Positions 36,174 to 50,274 of a stretch of DNA of 64,000 nucleotides are shown in pieces. Made by a program: the position numbers and the translations under genes. The stretch is from Octopus vulgaris (lineage: Eukaryota): positions 42,656,001 to 42,720,000 of the forward strand of contig OX597818.1 in NCBI GenBank assembly GCA_951406725.2, read 5' to 3'. Numbering within the stretch: position 1 is the stretch's first letter; the number at the start of each line of letters is the position of its first letter. Under the pieces are notes generated by a model, which saw nothing but the letters and a program-made list of their open reading frames with translations, was not told the DNA's origin and did not search any database.

Positions 36174-36941
36174 TCTCACAATTTCGATTTTTTCGCTTAG
36201 GCTTTACATGTAAGTTGAAGGTGTTAAAAGTGAAAATAGGTGGAGTGCAAAAACAGAAAAGCGGTAAATGGTACAGTAGTATCTACGAATTTAATATGTC
36301 CATATTCTTTCACTCTAGGATGTTATTGTCACTATTATTAAGCATTCAGAGGTGATGCTTATGCGAAACGAAATTTGTTTCAATGATTTCCATTTAGTAA
36401 ACTTGGCAGAAATGTGTCATTTTGTTTGTCTTTCTTTGAGCTTGCTTATTCTATACGATACTTCTTTAAACGTTACACACTTCCTATCAATCTATTTCCT
36501 TCTACCCCGCGGTATCTTAGAGCCTCTACAAAATCATTTAACCAGTAAGAAATATCAGCCAAATCTCCTTTTAACAAACAACACCATCTTAAAAAAAAAA
36601 AGGACACATTTAGTCTAGAGTAAACTAAGTTTGGAAATAAAAGACGAGTTAGTCATAGCTGAAATGATTTTGATCATAGACATGTCTTAAAACAAACTAG
36701 ACTAGCGAGCCAATCTGAAAAAAAAAAATTGGTACTTTTTGGTTATCTCACCCCCATTAAAAAATTGCCATTAAAAAACTGGGTGATCTCCCCACTAAAA
36801 TATTGAGTTCATGTGGTGACAAGAGATTAAATTAAAAGAGTCAGATTTTTTTAGATTCAATACTTCAACACATTGTTGACTTTTGGCCTACTCAGTAGGC
36901 ATGGTGTGATTTGTTATAAAAATGTTATTAGATTCAACAAG

Positions 36942-37324
36942 ATACTCTTTTACTTGTTTCAGTCATTTGACTGCAGCCATGCTGGAGCACTGCCTTTAAT
37001 CGAGCAAATCGACCCCGGGACTTACTCTTTTGTAAGCCCGGTACTTATTCTATCGGTCTCTTTTGACGAACCGCTAAGTAATGGGGACATAAACACACCA
37101 GCATCGCTTGTCAAGCAATGCTAGGGGGACAAACACAGACACACAAACACATATATACATACATATATACGACGGGCTTCTTTCAGTTTCCGTCAACCAA
37201 ATCCACTCACAAGGCTTGGTCAGCCCGAGGCTATAGTAGAAGACACTTGCCCAAGGTGCCATGCAGTGGGATTGAACCCGGAACCATGTGGTTGGTAAGC
37301 AAGCTACTTACCACACAGCCACTC
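36942..37324 (-). mobile_element. SINE family A, full length
   Basis: Same family as 20845-21243. Confidence 0.88.
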
Positions 37325-37769
37325 AATTTTTTCAGTTTTCATGTTCATTAATTTTTTTAGTTTTGTATGATTTGTTATAAAAATATTATCAAATTCAATA
37401 AGATGTTTAATCTTTTTGCGTTTCATGTTTATTAATTTTTTTTCCTTTTCTTTTTGTTTCATTGAGGGTTAAACAATTTTTTTGGTTGGGGGAGATAATC
37501 CAATTTTTTAATGGGGGGGGGAGATAACAAAAAAAGTACAAAAAATATGGCGGAAATAGAGACCTTGTACCCAATAAACCCAAAAAAGTAAACACAAAGC
37601 AAAACAAACTATAACTATTATCCTACGCTGTCTACTTTTTAATGTAAAAAAAAAAACAAACTGAAAACCCCAACCTACTGTAGTTGTTTAACCTCTCCAT
37701 TTCCGATGTAGCAAACCCATGATTTGAGTATAATCAGATTGCTATTTCAAACGGATTGATGACCATATA

Positions 37770-37987
37770 ATATAGTTCCCGCGCTGGTTTGTCCTATATC
37801 ATATAACAAACATGTGACTTGTTTGTTTACTTCCGGCTATCTCACGAGACAGAGGAAGCTATCATCGTATACTTCGAAATACGTGTCGACGCCCTTGTCA
37901 TAGTTCTTTACCTTGTTGATAGCTGTGCTGTGGTTTTTTTCAAACAATCTCCTTCCTGGTACGCTGAGGTGAAAGTTCTCAGACAGC
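37770..37987 (+). promoter_or_regulatory. Putative promoter/5' UTR of the HGSNAT-like gene
   Basis: CpG-enriched. TTCCCGCGC, CATGTGAC E-box (37811-37818), ACTTCCGG ETS site (37829-37836) and TCTCACGAGA (37840-37849) upstream of the ATG. Confidence 0.55.
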
Positions 37988-38027
37988 ATGAGTGTCCGTA
38001 CACTCTCACTTTTGTGTATCATTTGCT
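37988..38027 (+). CDS. HGSNAT: HGSNAT-like gene, first coding exon (start of signal peptide)
   Basis: gacagcATG, MSVRTLSLLCIIC plus 1 nt, then GTAAGT at 38028. Phase 1 joins 59162 in frame to give MSVRTLSLLCIICCQCIFA-LQDE, a plausible signal peptide. Confidence 0.7.
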
Positions 38028-38870
38028 GTAAGTATACATTTATTTCAGGACCTTATATTGTTACTCCTTTATATTGCTATTTACTATTCAACAATATTTT
38101 CTGGCTGACAACGAAAATACTTGTTCGTTACAATCAACAAACTATTATTAGCTGTAAAAATATATTGTATAATTAATACTTGTACAGGATTTCTTTGCTT
38201 TCTCCTTTTTGCTCACGATTTAGCAACAAAGTATTAAAAATAGGAGTAACAGTTTTCATACTCAAATTTTGTTTAACAAAGAAGAAACAAACTTTTCTCC
38301 TACCCCGTTTTTAACATTACAATTTTTTTCAAGTTTTCAGCAAAATAATTGAACAAGCCAACTAGGGAACCTCTAAATACGTTCTCGCTTATTCTGCTAG
38401 AAATAGCAGTCAGGTTTCTCTCGATAAAAGTATAATACATCGGATAATGTAATCAATCCTAGATGTTGTCTGTTATTTAACATTTTAACTTTCGTATACA
38501 AGTGATTGAGAACAGCTGATTTTCTTCTCACCTATGGTTGAAGTTATCTATTACTTTATCTTTTTATTTTTAATGAAATACCAAGATAATTTGGGTGTTT
38601 TTTTTTTAAGAATAATTGTAACATTCTTTTAATTATCCTCACTTTTAGACCTTTTATAATGTTGTTTTATCTCATGAGAACTTGGACTTTTCTTTCACCG
38701 TGAATTATTTCTCTTACCTTTCACCGCTTCTTCATTAAATGATGTCAGCTTGTTGTAATACAAAAAAAAACCCCTACATTATCCACAAAAAATTACCCCC
38801 AAATTCCAATATAGAAAAGTCTATCCACTCTTTTAGAAATATGCGTTTTATTTTCATTTTCTAATTTGTC

Positions 38871-38909
<39 letters not shown>

Positions 38910-39399
38910 TCTTTAAAAAGTATTTAAAATTTTTTTTATTCTATATACTCATTTTAGTACGTAATGATGCTAGCGTATGTTTTTCTCCTATATTCAAGTT
39001 ATTTTTTCTCTCTTCCTTTTAAAGAGATAACAGGGTCCAAGATCATTGCCTTTTTAATTCTCTTCAACTTTGGACAGTAAAACGAAATATCAAAATTTAA
39101 TATACAAAGCGGAAGTGGTATACTTTTTGGCAATAAGGTTGTCAAAACAGTTGACGATTGCTTTGGTCCTACTTGTGTGTAACACTCGGCGTTACAGGCT
39201 GACTCGAACTTAAATACTAGTTGTGAGATTGTAATGTTGAATATAGAAGAAACTGCTCCCTTTTGACATTCGATTTAAGTGTTGAATAAATTTCTGCTTC
39301 TTGGTTCATAAGTTTTGAGTTCATATCTCGTCACATGTGTGAATTTTTTGTATCACTTTTTCTTTTACTTGGCCGTCCCGATGGCATTAACTGGACTTC

Positions 39400-39835
39400 C
39401 TAGACTCATCAGTTCATTACGGTTAATGTTTTTTTGAACAGTTTCAAATTGATGGTTGAAAAGAAACACAGGCAAGGAGAGGATTTCAGAGGGCGATGGA
39501 TGATATTCTATGAACGAATGACTTAGCGTAATGGTTGGTGCGGGGCTCTGGTGAATGCGCCAACACGATATTGGTGATAAGAGCAGCGGAGATTATCGGT
39601 TAATCCAGAATCGGCTTCGCCGAATCGGCATAGTTTCGGTTGTAGTAGCACAGATTTCCGTCGACTGCGCTACGACATGCGAAACTTCGCCCCAGAATCT
39701 ATATACGGATATGACATGATAATAACCATCATTGAGCTTTGAAGAATAGCGGCCGCTGTTGTAGTTAGTCGGAAAGGCAGACAGGCAGAGGAGACATGTC
39801 CGTAAGCCAGAGGTTGAAGTCGGCTGGCGAACCAT
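39400..39835 (-). mobile_element. Decayed LINE (CR1/Jockey-group-like) ORF2 3' end
   Basis: Broken frames read SRLQPLAY..YNSGRYSSKL and PRTNHYAKSF..INLKLFKKNIN. Confidence 0.55.
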
Positions 39836-39854
39836 TTTATACCAATCAGCTTAT

Positions 39855-40225
39855 CTTTTTACCTTTTATTCGTTTCAGTCATTTGACTGCAACCATGCTG
39901 GAGCACCGCCTTGAAGAATTTTTAGTCGAAGGAATCGATCCCAGTACTTTTTTTTTTTTTAAAGTTTGACACTTATTCTATCAGTTTTCTTTTGCTGAAC
40001 CTCTAAGTTGCGGGGACGTTAACACACAAACACCGGTTGTCAGGCGGTGCGTGGGGAAGAAGCACTCACACACGCCAGGCTTCTTTCAGTCTCCATGAAC
40101 CAAATCCACTCTCCAGGCTTTAGTCAACCGGAGGCTATAGTTGAAGACACTTGCCCGGGGTGCCACTCCGTGGTACTGAACCAGGAACCATGTGGTTGGG
40201 AAGCAAACTTACTTCACAGCCACGT
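39855..40225 (-). mobile_element. SINE family A, diverged
   Basis: Tail tttcagtcatttgactgc and head accatgtggttgggaagcaaact. Confidence 0.8.
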
Positions 40226-41019
40226 CTTCGCCTTGGATTTTTTAAATATATAATATTTATATATACAGGTCTAGGATACCTGTATATAGCAGCAACTCAA
40301 CCTCAATTCGAGAGTGGTACACTTGTAGATGTCATCTGGACTTCGAAGAGTCAGTTTATAGTTGTTTAGGGTCTGAAGTATTTTCCGCCCCTAAAGAATA
40401 ATGACTTTTAAGATATACTCTTTGCTGTATAGAGAATGTGTGTTCGCCAGGAGAGATCCTTAGTGAAGATGACACTGAGTATTTGTGGCCATCTAGTTAC
40501 GAGCTGGGATGGCGATGGATAATGTTTTCTTTGTGTTGTTGAAGAGAGAAGAAATTCGTATGCCATCCCCATTGAAGAATATTTTCGAGATGTTTATGCC
40601 TGTCTTAAGAAATTTACAGGCACCACTCACTACGGAGAGGGTCTCTGTTCAACTGCAACGAAACATATCACCATGATTGTTTCGGTATTTAAAAAAAAAT
40701 AGATAAGGGATAATGTTTAAAGGCATTTTAATAACAAGTGATAAACTGAGTAACCGTTCATTGTTATTACATTAAATTTATGAGTTATTTTCGAGCAGAG
40801 AAACTTATGTTCGTTCCCTTTGTTTCATGTTCATTAGGTGTTAGTATCTGAACTTTAATCAGTCATTCGATAAACATAAGTTCGTGAAATGATAACATCT
40901 TTTACTTCTCTTCTGACAATTAACTCTAAATTGTGTTAACTAGGTAAACACCACGAAAGCAATAACGGGTGTTTGAGTTTCTCTAAGTAAGTAGCAATAA
41001 CAAAAGAACGTTTCAGTAA

Positions 41020-41396
41020 TCTTTATATATAAAAGTGAGGTTGTGTGCTGTCTGTCTCCTACGATTTAGATTCCTAACTACTCCCACATTTTGCGGTGCA
41101 GTTTAACCAAAACCGGGTATTTTATAGTCGTGATTCATATCGAGCCCTTCTGGGTATTAGCGCGCGTCTACGATTAAAAAAAAAAATTACCATCAATTTT
41201 TCCCATTTTTAATGCATTTTTGGCATATATAAGGGAAGTAATTCTCTAAAAATTTATTATTAAATCTCAGAACGTAAAAAGCTACAGTAACCCCCCCTTT
41301 GTGGTTAGCCATATTGAGATGGCTATTTACATCTCTAAAAATGCTTATATAGTTATTTCCCTTACAAACCCGAGCAACGCCGGGCTATACTGCTAG
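41020..41396 (+). mobile_element. Short non-autonomous Helitron
   Basis: A|TCTTTATATATAAAAGTGAG 5' end, cccgagcaacgccggg hairpin, CTAG|T 3' end, no TSD. Confidence 0.88.
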
Positions 41397-41888
41397 TGAC
41401 TGATAAAACAATAAGGATAAATAAATCTTCATGTTTTGTTTTTTTTTCATATTGTAGTTCTTTCAACTTTTCTCTATTGTTAGAAGTTTACATTAATGTT
41501 ATACGCAATGTCACATGACCTCTCGGATACCATAAAGCCTGTTTATCATGAGAATTAGTCATGAGAGTAGTGACGAAAGCAACAGCATCTGCTCAGCAAA
41601 GGATAATGTTTTATTAATCTTTAAAGGCGAAAAATAATACGTCAGATTAGCAGTCATCCTAATAGATTAGAAACAATGAGTTGGCGGTTCAGTGCAATAA
41701 TCTTGTGATCTCGGGTGTTTAAAAATATCTCCAAACTATCTTCTTTTGCCAACACCTAAAGACGTGTTTTTTTTTAATCATTCATCTCAATATTTGTAGA
41801 ACTTTTTGTTCGTGTTTTTATGCTTTCGTTGTGGATTATTATCGCAAATTTGATTTAACTTGAAGTGTCAATAACCACTAAGTTTTTC

Positions 41889-42795
41889 GGATCTTTTCCT
41901 TTTGAACGGCAGTTTTCAACACAATTTCTAGTTAACTTTTAAACTTCGTATACTGGTAGAATGTGTTTATAAAACATCATTTTTTCATAGCTTTATTGAG
42001 AAAATTCTATAGTTTGTAACATATTTCCACTTTAAAATCGAGCATTTCGGCAATTTTAACCAATCAAATGCGTCCATTTGGAGTGAAAACATTCCGTGCT
42101 GTATGAATATGCCCCTCGTTTAAGAAACAGATAGGGTTTATTTACATTTGCAAAGAAAAAAAAGATACCCTTCCACCACCCCTAAACTTAACCCTAAAAT
42201 AGATTGAAATGCAATAGATCGATACTAGGGTTATAATTATGGGTGACAATTTCATACGACATCGCTACGGAAAATGGGATTTTTTTCTAGCGGTGTGTGG
42301 GGAGAGGACTTTCGGAAATTTCACAAGATCCGAGTTTTCCCTCAGAGAAATGGATATATATATATATATATATATATATATTGATGAAATTTTATAGAAA
42401 TACCGTTTGAATGGCACAAATTAGGATTATAAACAAATTTCTGGGGGAAAATGTTTTCTGAAGGGGTGGGGAGAGGATTTCGGAAAATTCGTACGATCCT
42501 GTTTTTTTTTTTTTTTTTCATCATAACTTTCAGGAAAATGGATACTTTTGATGAAATTTTACAGAAGCACCTCTCAAACAGCGTAGAGTATGATTATAAA
42601 GAAATTTGTGGGGAAAATGTTTTCCGAAGGGATGGGGAGAGGACTGTCGGAAAGTTCACACGATCCGTTTTTTTCTCCCTCAACTTTCAAGATCTAGTTT
42701 AGCGCCCGGTCACCAAAACGAAAAAAAAAACAAAAAAAGAAACCAGTCTAATAGATGTAAAAAAAAAAAAAACATAGAACACGAATAGGAAAAAG
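41889..42795. mobile_element. Longer derivative of the GGATCT-TIR family with ~165-bp internal repeats
   Basis: Left TIR as at 22845. Three ggggagagga..tcggaaa.ttc...gatcc units at ~42300, 42468 and 42633. Right end uncertain. Confidence 0.6.
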
Positions 42796-43761
42796 ATTTG
42801 TGCAAACATACATGTACATGTCTTGATTGGTAGTTATTTGATGGCAACATTTCGGGAGATGAAGGTACAACTTGGCTGCCTCTATGAAGAACTTGTGCAA
42901 CACACTTCCTTCATGTTGAGAATTTATAAATATCTTTCAAGATATTGTTGCAGATGTTTTGATCGAATTCATGGCTTTTTGATCGATTCTTTTGTCTCTC
43001 CAAAGTCTTTCAATGTTTTGTGTATTTTCTCAGGGTGCTATCTTCAAAATTGTTAGAGCGAGGCATTTTCACATCGTTTTTTTCAATGCCCTCTCCCCAC
43101 CCCTTTAGAAACTGACTTTATTGAACGAGGTATCGTTTGAAAAGTCACTCGACGAGACACATCTGCACTGAAGGATGCATCCTAACCAGTTTTACAGTAT
43201 CTCACCTGTGAGGAATTGCTGCAAGATGGGTTGAAATGATCATTGGGATTAATAAAGAATCTCATGAATTCCTTTTTCTGTTTCATTCGTTATATACTCG
43301 ACAAACACGGAAAAATTCCTGAGGTAGATCCAATGGCATTTATATCAATACTATTTCTACAACTGGATAGCCTTTATAATGCCAACCACTTTACAGTGAA
43401 TGTGGGGTGCTTTTTTCATGGCACCAGCACTAGTGGGATTGCCATGTTACTCACAAGACTAGAAAACACCCTCAACTGGGTGGGAATATAGTAGAGAGGG
43501 AGGTGGCTTTATCCTAGGTGCTAAACAATTAATGTATAATAAAGGGACAGGAACAAGTTTGTGACTATAGATACTTGGCTATTTCCTGCCCTCTGAGTTA
43601 TTTAAGGGTAGATGGGAATAATTGGTGGGGAACTGGAAAAAGAGATATAGTAATGATGTGGTGTCAGAGCTTACTTTCAAGATACATAGTGAATAGAAGA
43701 GTGGGCACGGAAGATCAGGAAGGGTGAGTAAAGGTTTCAAGTGCGGTAGAAGAGTGAGTGA

Positions 43762-43965
43762 TGGTGAGCTGGCAGAAAAGTTAGCACGCCGGATGGAATG
43801 CTTAGCAGTATTTCGTCTGCTGTTACGTTCTAAGTTCAAATTCCGCCGAGGTCAATTTTGGCTTTCATCCTTTCAGGGTCGATTAAATAAGTGCCAGTTT
43901 CACACTGGGGTTGATATAGTCAATTTAATCCGTTTGTCTGTCCTTGTTTGTCCCCTCTGTGTGTA
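43762..43965 (+). mobile_element. SINE family C monomer
   Basis: gagctggcagaaa..ttagcacgcc...gttcaaattccgccgaggtc...ctgtccttgtttgtcccctct. Confidence 0.82.
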
Positions 43966-45753
43966 AGAGTGAGTGATGGGGGTATAGATGAATAGTGAAA
44001 AAGGGTGGAAGCGTAGTCAATGGTAAATATTAATTGGGAAAAATGTCAATAGAAGTGGCTTGGGAGAGAGGAGGTGATGATTGGCAGTACAGATGATTGT
44101 CAATAGAAGAGGCTTCGGGGAGAAGTGATGATGACTGGCAGTAAAATAATTATGTAGCTACAGACAAAGGATGAGAGATGATGAATGGGGTGGGTAGGCA
44201 AGGTTTGCATATTTACTAAATATTTTGGTATACTGTAAAATATGTTTAAAAATTTATTATATTGTGTTACTATGAAATTAGATGTTAATGTGCAAATTTT
44301 TTTCAGTCTATATGAATTAAGAGGCATTTTCTGAATGACTAAGCTATTGTTTTATGGCAACATAAATTAATCCTTTAACTGCAAAATTAAATTCCATTGT
44401 TATTCCAGTGACAATCTTAAATATCTACCAAAAACTAGAATTGGTATTTTCTGCAAGTCATATTGCTTTGATAAACTTGATATATCTCAGTAAAAAAAAA
44501 AAAAATAGTTTCAAACATGACATTCCTCAGCCAAAGATTGATTGGTATATAAAACTGCTTTCTGCAATTAAGGGTAATGAAATTTTGAGTGGCTATATCT
44601 GATTCCCTCTGTAAACGGGTTAAAGAAACAAGAGTAATGTAAATTTTAAAACTCTGCAACTAGTTTGACCTACAAATGCTTGTGCACAGTCAACAAAAAA
44701 CTGTGCTTGTGTCTTCCTGTTTACTCTCATTCTTCAGCTATACTTATTTCATATGCACTTCCTGCTTTAATGAATTCTAACACCATGAATGCAATTTTTG
44801 TATTTAGTGCACTTTTTCTTGAACCACCACTGACCAGTAACCTAAATCCTGACCTTGTGTTTATAAGGTAGAGGCTGATTTTCTGTGATGCTTTTTCAGA
44901 GGGAATAAAAAGGTGTGCCTCATAAGCCATTAAATATTCTAATCATTGTTTGAACTTTGAAAGTAATGCCATTATCTAATGAGACCATGAGGGATTGGGT
45001 ATAAATAAGTTAGTTCAATAATACTGTTCCTGTTGGTGAAATGAACAAGGTTATATTTCAGTACAAGAAATTGAGTCATCAGTATTCTGAATTTATTAAT
45101 TTATAGACTACATTTGTAGTTATATATATTCTCTGGTGTGATTTCATCTTGGCTATTTGTATCTGTGAATTGTGTGCTGATGCCATGAGAAATGTTTCTG
45201 AAGCACCTACTTATCTTTTTTATTGTCTCACTCTCAGACTCCACAATGAATATTTTTCTTAATCATTCCTCTCAAGAAGTCTAACATTTTGGAATTTCTT
45301 CCAGGTGCTTCAGGTGGACTAGAGCAGAAGCAATCTAGGAACATAGACTGTGGAAGTAGCAGTAGAAGAGATAATGAAGTGTGTCATTGATCTAAAGATT
45401 GTAACATGTTAAGTTGTTGCCAGTCAACCAAGTGATCTATTATGCATGCAGTCTAGCATGTTTGTGAGAGTAGCAACACTAGTAGTACTCTATTGTGAGA
45501 TTTGTAGAATGTTGGCAATTGATCAGAGCTGGAGTATTTTCTGGCTTTCGGGAGGAAGCCTAGTCTTGGGGATGTAGCTTCTGCAAATACTATGTATGTG
45601 AAGTTACAATGAAAGATAATCAGTAATAGTGGCTAGTAGCATGTCATTAGTTTTAGGGCTTGTGTGTTGTACATGTCAAGGAAAATCGAAGTGCTTCCCT
45701 AAAATGTATTGTAATTGAAGAGGTAGTGTCATTAAGAAGTTCACTTTACATCT

Positions 45754-46392
45754 CATCATCATCATTGTTCGACTGTGGTTGAGACAATGGGATTTAATGT
45801 TACGCCAGACTTCTCGGTCCATCATAGCATTATGGAGGTCCTGTTGCTAGATGCCTGTATCACTGGAGATTACATCAGGGTAGGAGAGTGTGTGCCCTCT
45901 GGTATCGCCAGCAGATGGCTTCCAGAGGAGAAGAGTAGAAATTACCTCGTTTTCAGCTCTACAACAATGTCCAGAAAACTGGACTCTTCTACCTTTCACA
46001 AGAGATGATACAGGTGGTAGTTTCCCATATATTTGTACTTTGGTTGAATGGCACTTCCACGAGAGATTTTGAGCTCTCATAAGGAGGCGAGTGTAAGTTC
46101 CATCCACCACCTCAAGCTTCTTTGATAACGTCCAGGTTTCTGAGCCATATAGTAGAATTGAATATGTAAACAAGTGCCTGTCCAACAGTGATTTCATCAT
46201 CCATACTCTTAACAATACGCCTTTAAATGTGGTTTCTGATTACAAATATCTTGGGTCATACATATCATCATCTGAAAATGATTTTCTAACTAGAAAGGGT
46301 ATGGCCTGGTCAGCCTGTAATGATATGCATAAGATCTGGTCATCAAATCTAAGTAGAGATTTCAAACTTAAAATCTTCAAAGCCACAGTCGA
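45754..46392 (-). mobile_element. 5'-truncated RTE-type LINE with 5' inversion (same family as 18035)
   Basis: 45754-46160 is minus-strand (ILLYGSETWTL..YTRLLMRAQNLSW). 46160-46392 is plus-strand (DYKYLGSYI..RKGMAWSAC..KLKIFKATVE). 11-bp TSD actttacatct at 45743-45753 and 46393-46403. Confidence 0.9.
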
Positions 46393-46979
46393 ACTTTACA
46401 TCTGCTTCGGCAAGTAAATTCTACTAAAGCCTCAGGTTGACCAATACCCCATAAGTGAAATTTAGTGGACAGTAATTGTATGAAAGCCTGTTTGTCTCCA
46501 TGTACCTTTGCATTGATACTGTTTGGGCAGTAATGATGTTCATATCTGGCAGAGTGACATGCAAAGACTAGTGAAATAAAGTCCCTTATATGAAAACAAA
46601 GGTTGGTGACAGGAAGAGCATCCATCCATCTAACCCATACCAGTGAAACAGTATAGATGAAAATGATGATGATTGTCTCTTTATATTATTAAAGGAAACT
46701 GTGATATCATGTTCTCCTTGGTGGTATCATACATGCAGGGCTGTATGTGGTTAGAAGTAACAATAATAAGGTTATTTATGAGCATAAGAGTGTGATAGAC
46801 ATAACTGAACCCTTGGCATTCACCAGAGTTGGAGTGAGTGTGTGATTCATGAAAACATCTTTCGCTGTCTTGATGGTTGTCATGCAGACATCGTATTGGT
46901 GTGTGATGCCTTCTAGTTGATGGTAAGGTATAACTGTTTTAAGCTGTGTTCTTTATTTGTGCAGCATTGAATTAAATTA

Positions 46980-47249
46980 CTTGGCTGGCTTCCGTGCCGC
47001 TGGCACGTTAAAAGCTCCAACCAATCGTGGCCGATGCCGGACCCCCCCCCTGGCACCTGTGCAGGTGGCACGTAAAAAGCACCCACTACACTTGCGGAGT
47101 GGTTGGCGTTAGGAAGGGCATCCAGCCATAGAAACTCTGCCAGATCAGACTGGAGCCTGGAGCAGCCCCTGGCTTCCCAGACCCCGGTCGAACCGTCCAA
47201 CCCGTGCTAGTGCGGAAAACGGATGTTAAACGATGATGATGATGATGAT
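46980..47249 (+). mobile_element. SINE-like family B, 3' fragment
   Basis: Near reverse complement of 4515-4775, with a (gat)n tail. Confidence 0.85.
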
Positions 47250-49149
47250 AGAGGGATATACTGGTAACATGCTTAACTGTCTGGGATGGGTTAGGTTTGA
47301 AAGCATAGATGTCATAAAAGATAGCATATAATTGGCAGAGACGCAATCTGTTTGAGGATATGAAATACCAGAGCATTTTGGAGGTAGGGCTTGTTTTGCC
47401 ATAAGGAGATAATGATGCTGGTTGTCTTGATTAAGAAGAGGTTTTAGTGTGAGGGAATTGATGTCATAACAGATAAGGGTGGAGTTGAGCTAGATGTTCT
47501 CAATGCTGATAAATAGATGGACAATAAACAAACCTAGACCAATGGGGAAGAAATACCATCTGCCAGACTAACAGGAAGTTTTGTTGATAATGTACAAGTA
47601 AGAGAAATGAGTTGTAGAGAAACTGAATTCTCCATAATGCAGGCATCACCTTTCAGAAGGAAGCTGAATATAGTGTAGCCTGTACAACAGAGATGGCTTA
47701 GGGATTAAGAGATGAGTGATTTGCATTATAATAGGTGCAAACTGTCTCCATCCTTATTATAATTGTTTTCTCTGCTGGTCTATTATTGTCAATGTTGACG
47801 AAGTTCATTGTCTCTATATGATCTTTTCTCTCTCATTGGTTCCATGTTCAAGCAGGTAAAATTTGTAAGAGAAATTGTATACAAATTGGTTTTCAATAAA
47901 AAAAATTATCTAACATCTACAAAATATTTATAAAAAACATCCAATAACTAATATGAAAATTAACAAAAAAATCCATCTCTAACATATGGTTGATTAGCAG
48001 AATCTTTAGAGCATTGAACAAAATATCTTAATGGCATTTAATCACAGCCTTTTATATTCTGAGTTCAAATTCCACTCAAGTTGATGTTGATTTTCATCCT
48101 TCTGGAGGTCAATAAAATAAATTTCAACATTTTACTCAGGTCAGTTTAATTGATAAATCCTTCTCTACCAAATTCCTACCTTATGTCTCTAACAGTTTGC
48201 AAAGTCTATTATGTCTGAGATATTATCTGACACCAAGTAAACACTAACACTCTGTTCTCTTATATGTAGTTGCCATAGCTAGGGTAGCTTTCAGCTAAAT
48301 AAGCAGGGGATCTCAACATTTTAGTAATGCCTCTAAGAAATGCTGTGTAAATAATGTATGTAAATGCACACTACACACAATGCCACCTATGGTCATGCAA
48401 TGGGCTTTACTTGTGGCTACAAGTATTTCAAGTTCTCCCTTGTAATTTACCCAGATTGATGGAGGTAGGGGACCATCAGTTGCCAGAAAATTGGTGGTGT
48501 ACCTCTAACGATTAAAAAGACAACATATAATGAAGGAAAACAAACATAATATGATAACAGGCAATTTCTTTTATTGTCCGTTGTGTGTGTTCACAAACAT
48601 TTCTTATTCTCCCTCAAAGTAGATGTGACTAAACCTTTGGATATTTTAGGCTCAAACTATCTTAAATCCTCACTTTTGAAACTAATGGAATGCTTGTTGA
48701 TATCTAATATTTACTACCTAACTGTTTCTGTTTTCTTGTTTTGAAATAATGGATGTTATTGATTGAAGCAGTGTATAGTTTCTATCCGAGTGAACCTATT
48801 TTTCATCATAGGCCAGTCTAGATCTGACTTTGTGTAAAAGAGTAACCACAACAAAATTACTTATGTTACTGTTAAACTACAAGACAGACAAATAGTAAGG
48901 TTTGAAATACAGTACCGTTATATCTCAGATGAGCTAAACGGCCCCCCACCCCCCATCCAATGGACAGTGCTGAGTTGTCAAACATTTAAACCAAATTTTC
49001 TCAAAACAACTTGTCCGACCGTCCCATAGGCCTCCCCTTTGAGAAACATTGATTTAACCTAAATTTGAGACACCAGCAAAAGAAGAAATAAAGATTTACT
49101 TTTTTTCTATTCCAAGAAAAACGATTTTACAAATGCACATTCCCACGGC

Positions 49150-49379
49150 TTTGGCACGTAAAAAGCACCAATCCAATCGTGGCCGTTGCCACCTTCGCCT
49201 GGCACGTAAAAAGCACCCACTACACTCACGGAGTGGTTGGCTTTAGGAAGGGCATCCAGCTGTAGAAACACTGCCAGATCAGACTGGAGCCTGGTGCAGC
49301 CTTCTGACTTCCCAGATCCCCGGTCGAACCGTCCAACCCATGCTAGCATGGAGAACAGACGTTAAACGATGATGATGAT
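49150..49379 (+). mobile_element. SINE-like family B, 3' fragment
   Basis: Family B 3' end with a (gat)n tail. Confidence 0.82.
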
Positions 49380-49537
49380 TCTCACCTGGAATCGATTTTT
49401 GTAATTTTTTCAAGACTTACACATGCCCTGATACCATTGGTATCTACATATCAAATTTGAGCGCAATCGGATGGAGGATGCTCGAGATCCTAGAAGACAC
49501 ACAGACAGACAGACAGAATGGATTTTATATAATAGAT
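49380..49537 (-). mobile_element. Helitron 5'-end fragment
   Basis: aaatttgagcgcaatcgg...(acag)n aatggattttatataataga resembles 3830-3915. Confidence 0.6.
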
Positions 49538-50053
49538 ACTGCTTTTCATTTTTATTTATGTCAAAATATGGTCATATGAAGAAAATGGGAGGAGGGATGA
49601 TGGAAACCATGCAAAAGCTAAATGCTTTTCATCAACCATATTGAATACAGTAAACACATAGCTGATATAATTTTCAAACCCCTTTAGTGGTTAATTGAAT
49701 TGTTTAGAGAAAAAGACAAGTGTTACTGAGAAAATCTTTTGGGCTGCATTAGTTCATAGCTAGATACATTAATTCCTTTTTATAACATCTTTTCGTGATA
49801 ATTATTGAGATTCTAACTGAAACAATTCATTTCCTGAAAGTATTATATTTATTAACTTATCTATATTTATCTAGTAAGTCAGTTGAGTAAAAGGAAATGT
49901 TTTAATTTGTTCTTACAATTATATACTAGTTAACTTTTCTTTCTTTTTTTTTTTTTGCACAGTTCTGTTATCATTTCTCCAATTATTTTCAGGCTGTCAT
50001 ATTTTGATGTAACAATGACACATTGCCTGTGATATTATGTTGCTGTATTTTAA

Positions 50054-50274
50054 ATCTTTAGTGTTCGCATTATTCTGCCAAAATTAATGCTTCTTCATCT
50101 ACATTGTTTTGAATTAATCATGCATTATCTTGTAGCTATGAGATTTTGATGAGGAAGATGTTAATTTTTTAAACAATATTGTAGGGTTGGTGTGAGAGAC
50201 CAGATATGGCTAATTTGAACATAAAACGGGTAGAATATTTTTGGCCGGATATGGCCGGTTTAAATGCTAAAGGG
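50054..50274. mobile_element. piggyBac-like MITE, family 2
   Basis: TTAA flanks and ...GCTAAAGGG|TTAA end. Homologous to 60533-60808. Confidence 0.75.

Noticed and set aside
37837-38022. Minus-strand 61-aa ORF as a gene
   Set aside because: The plus-strand ATG, donor and in-frame downstream exons explain the region better.
44660-45650. Possible old LINE relic
   Set aside because: The composition is suggestive, but I could not read a diagnostic motif.
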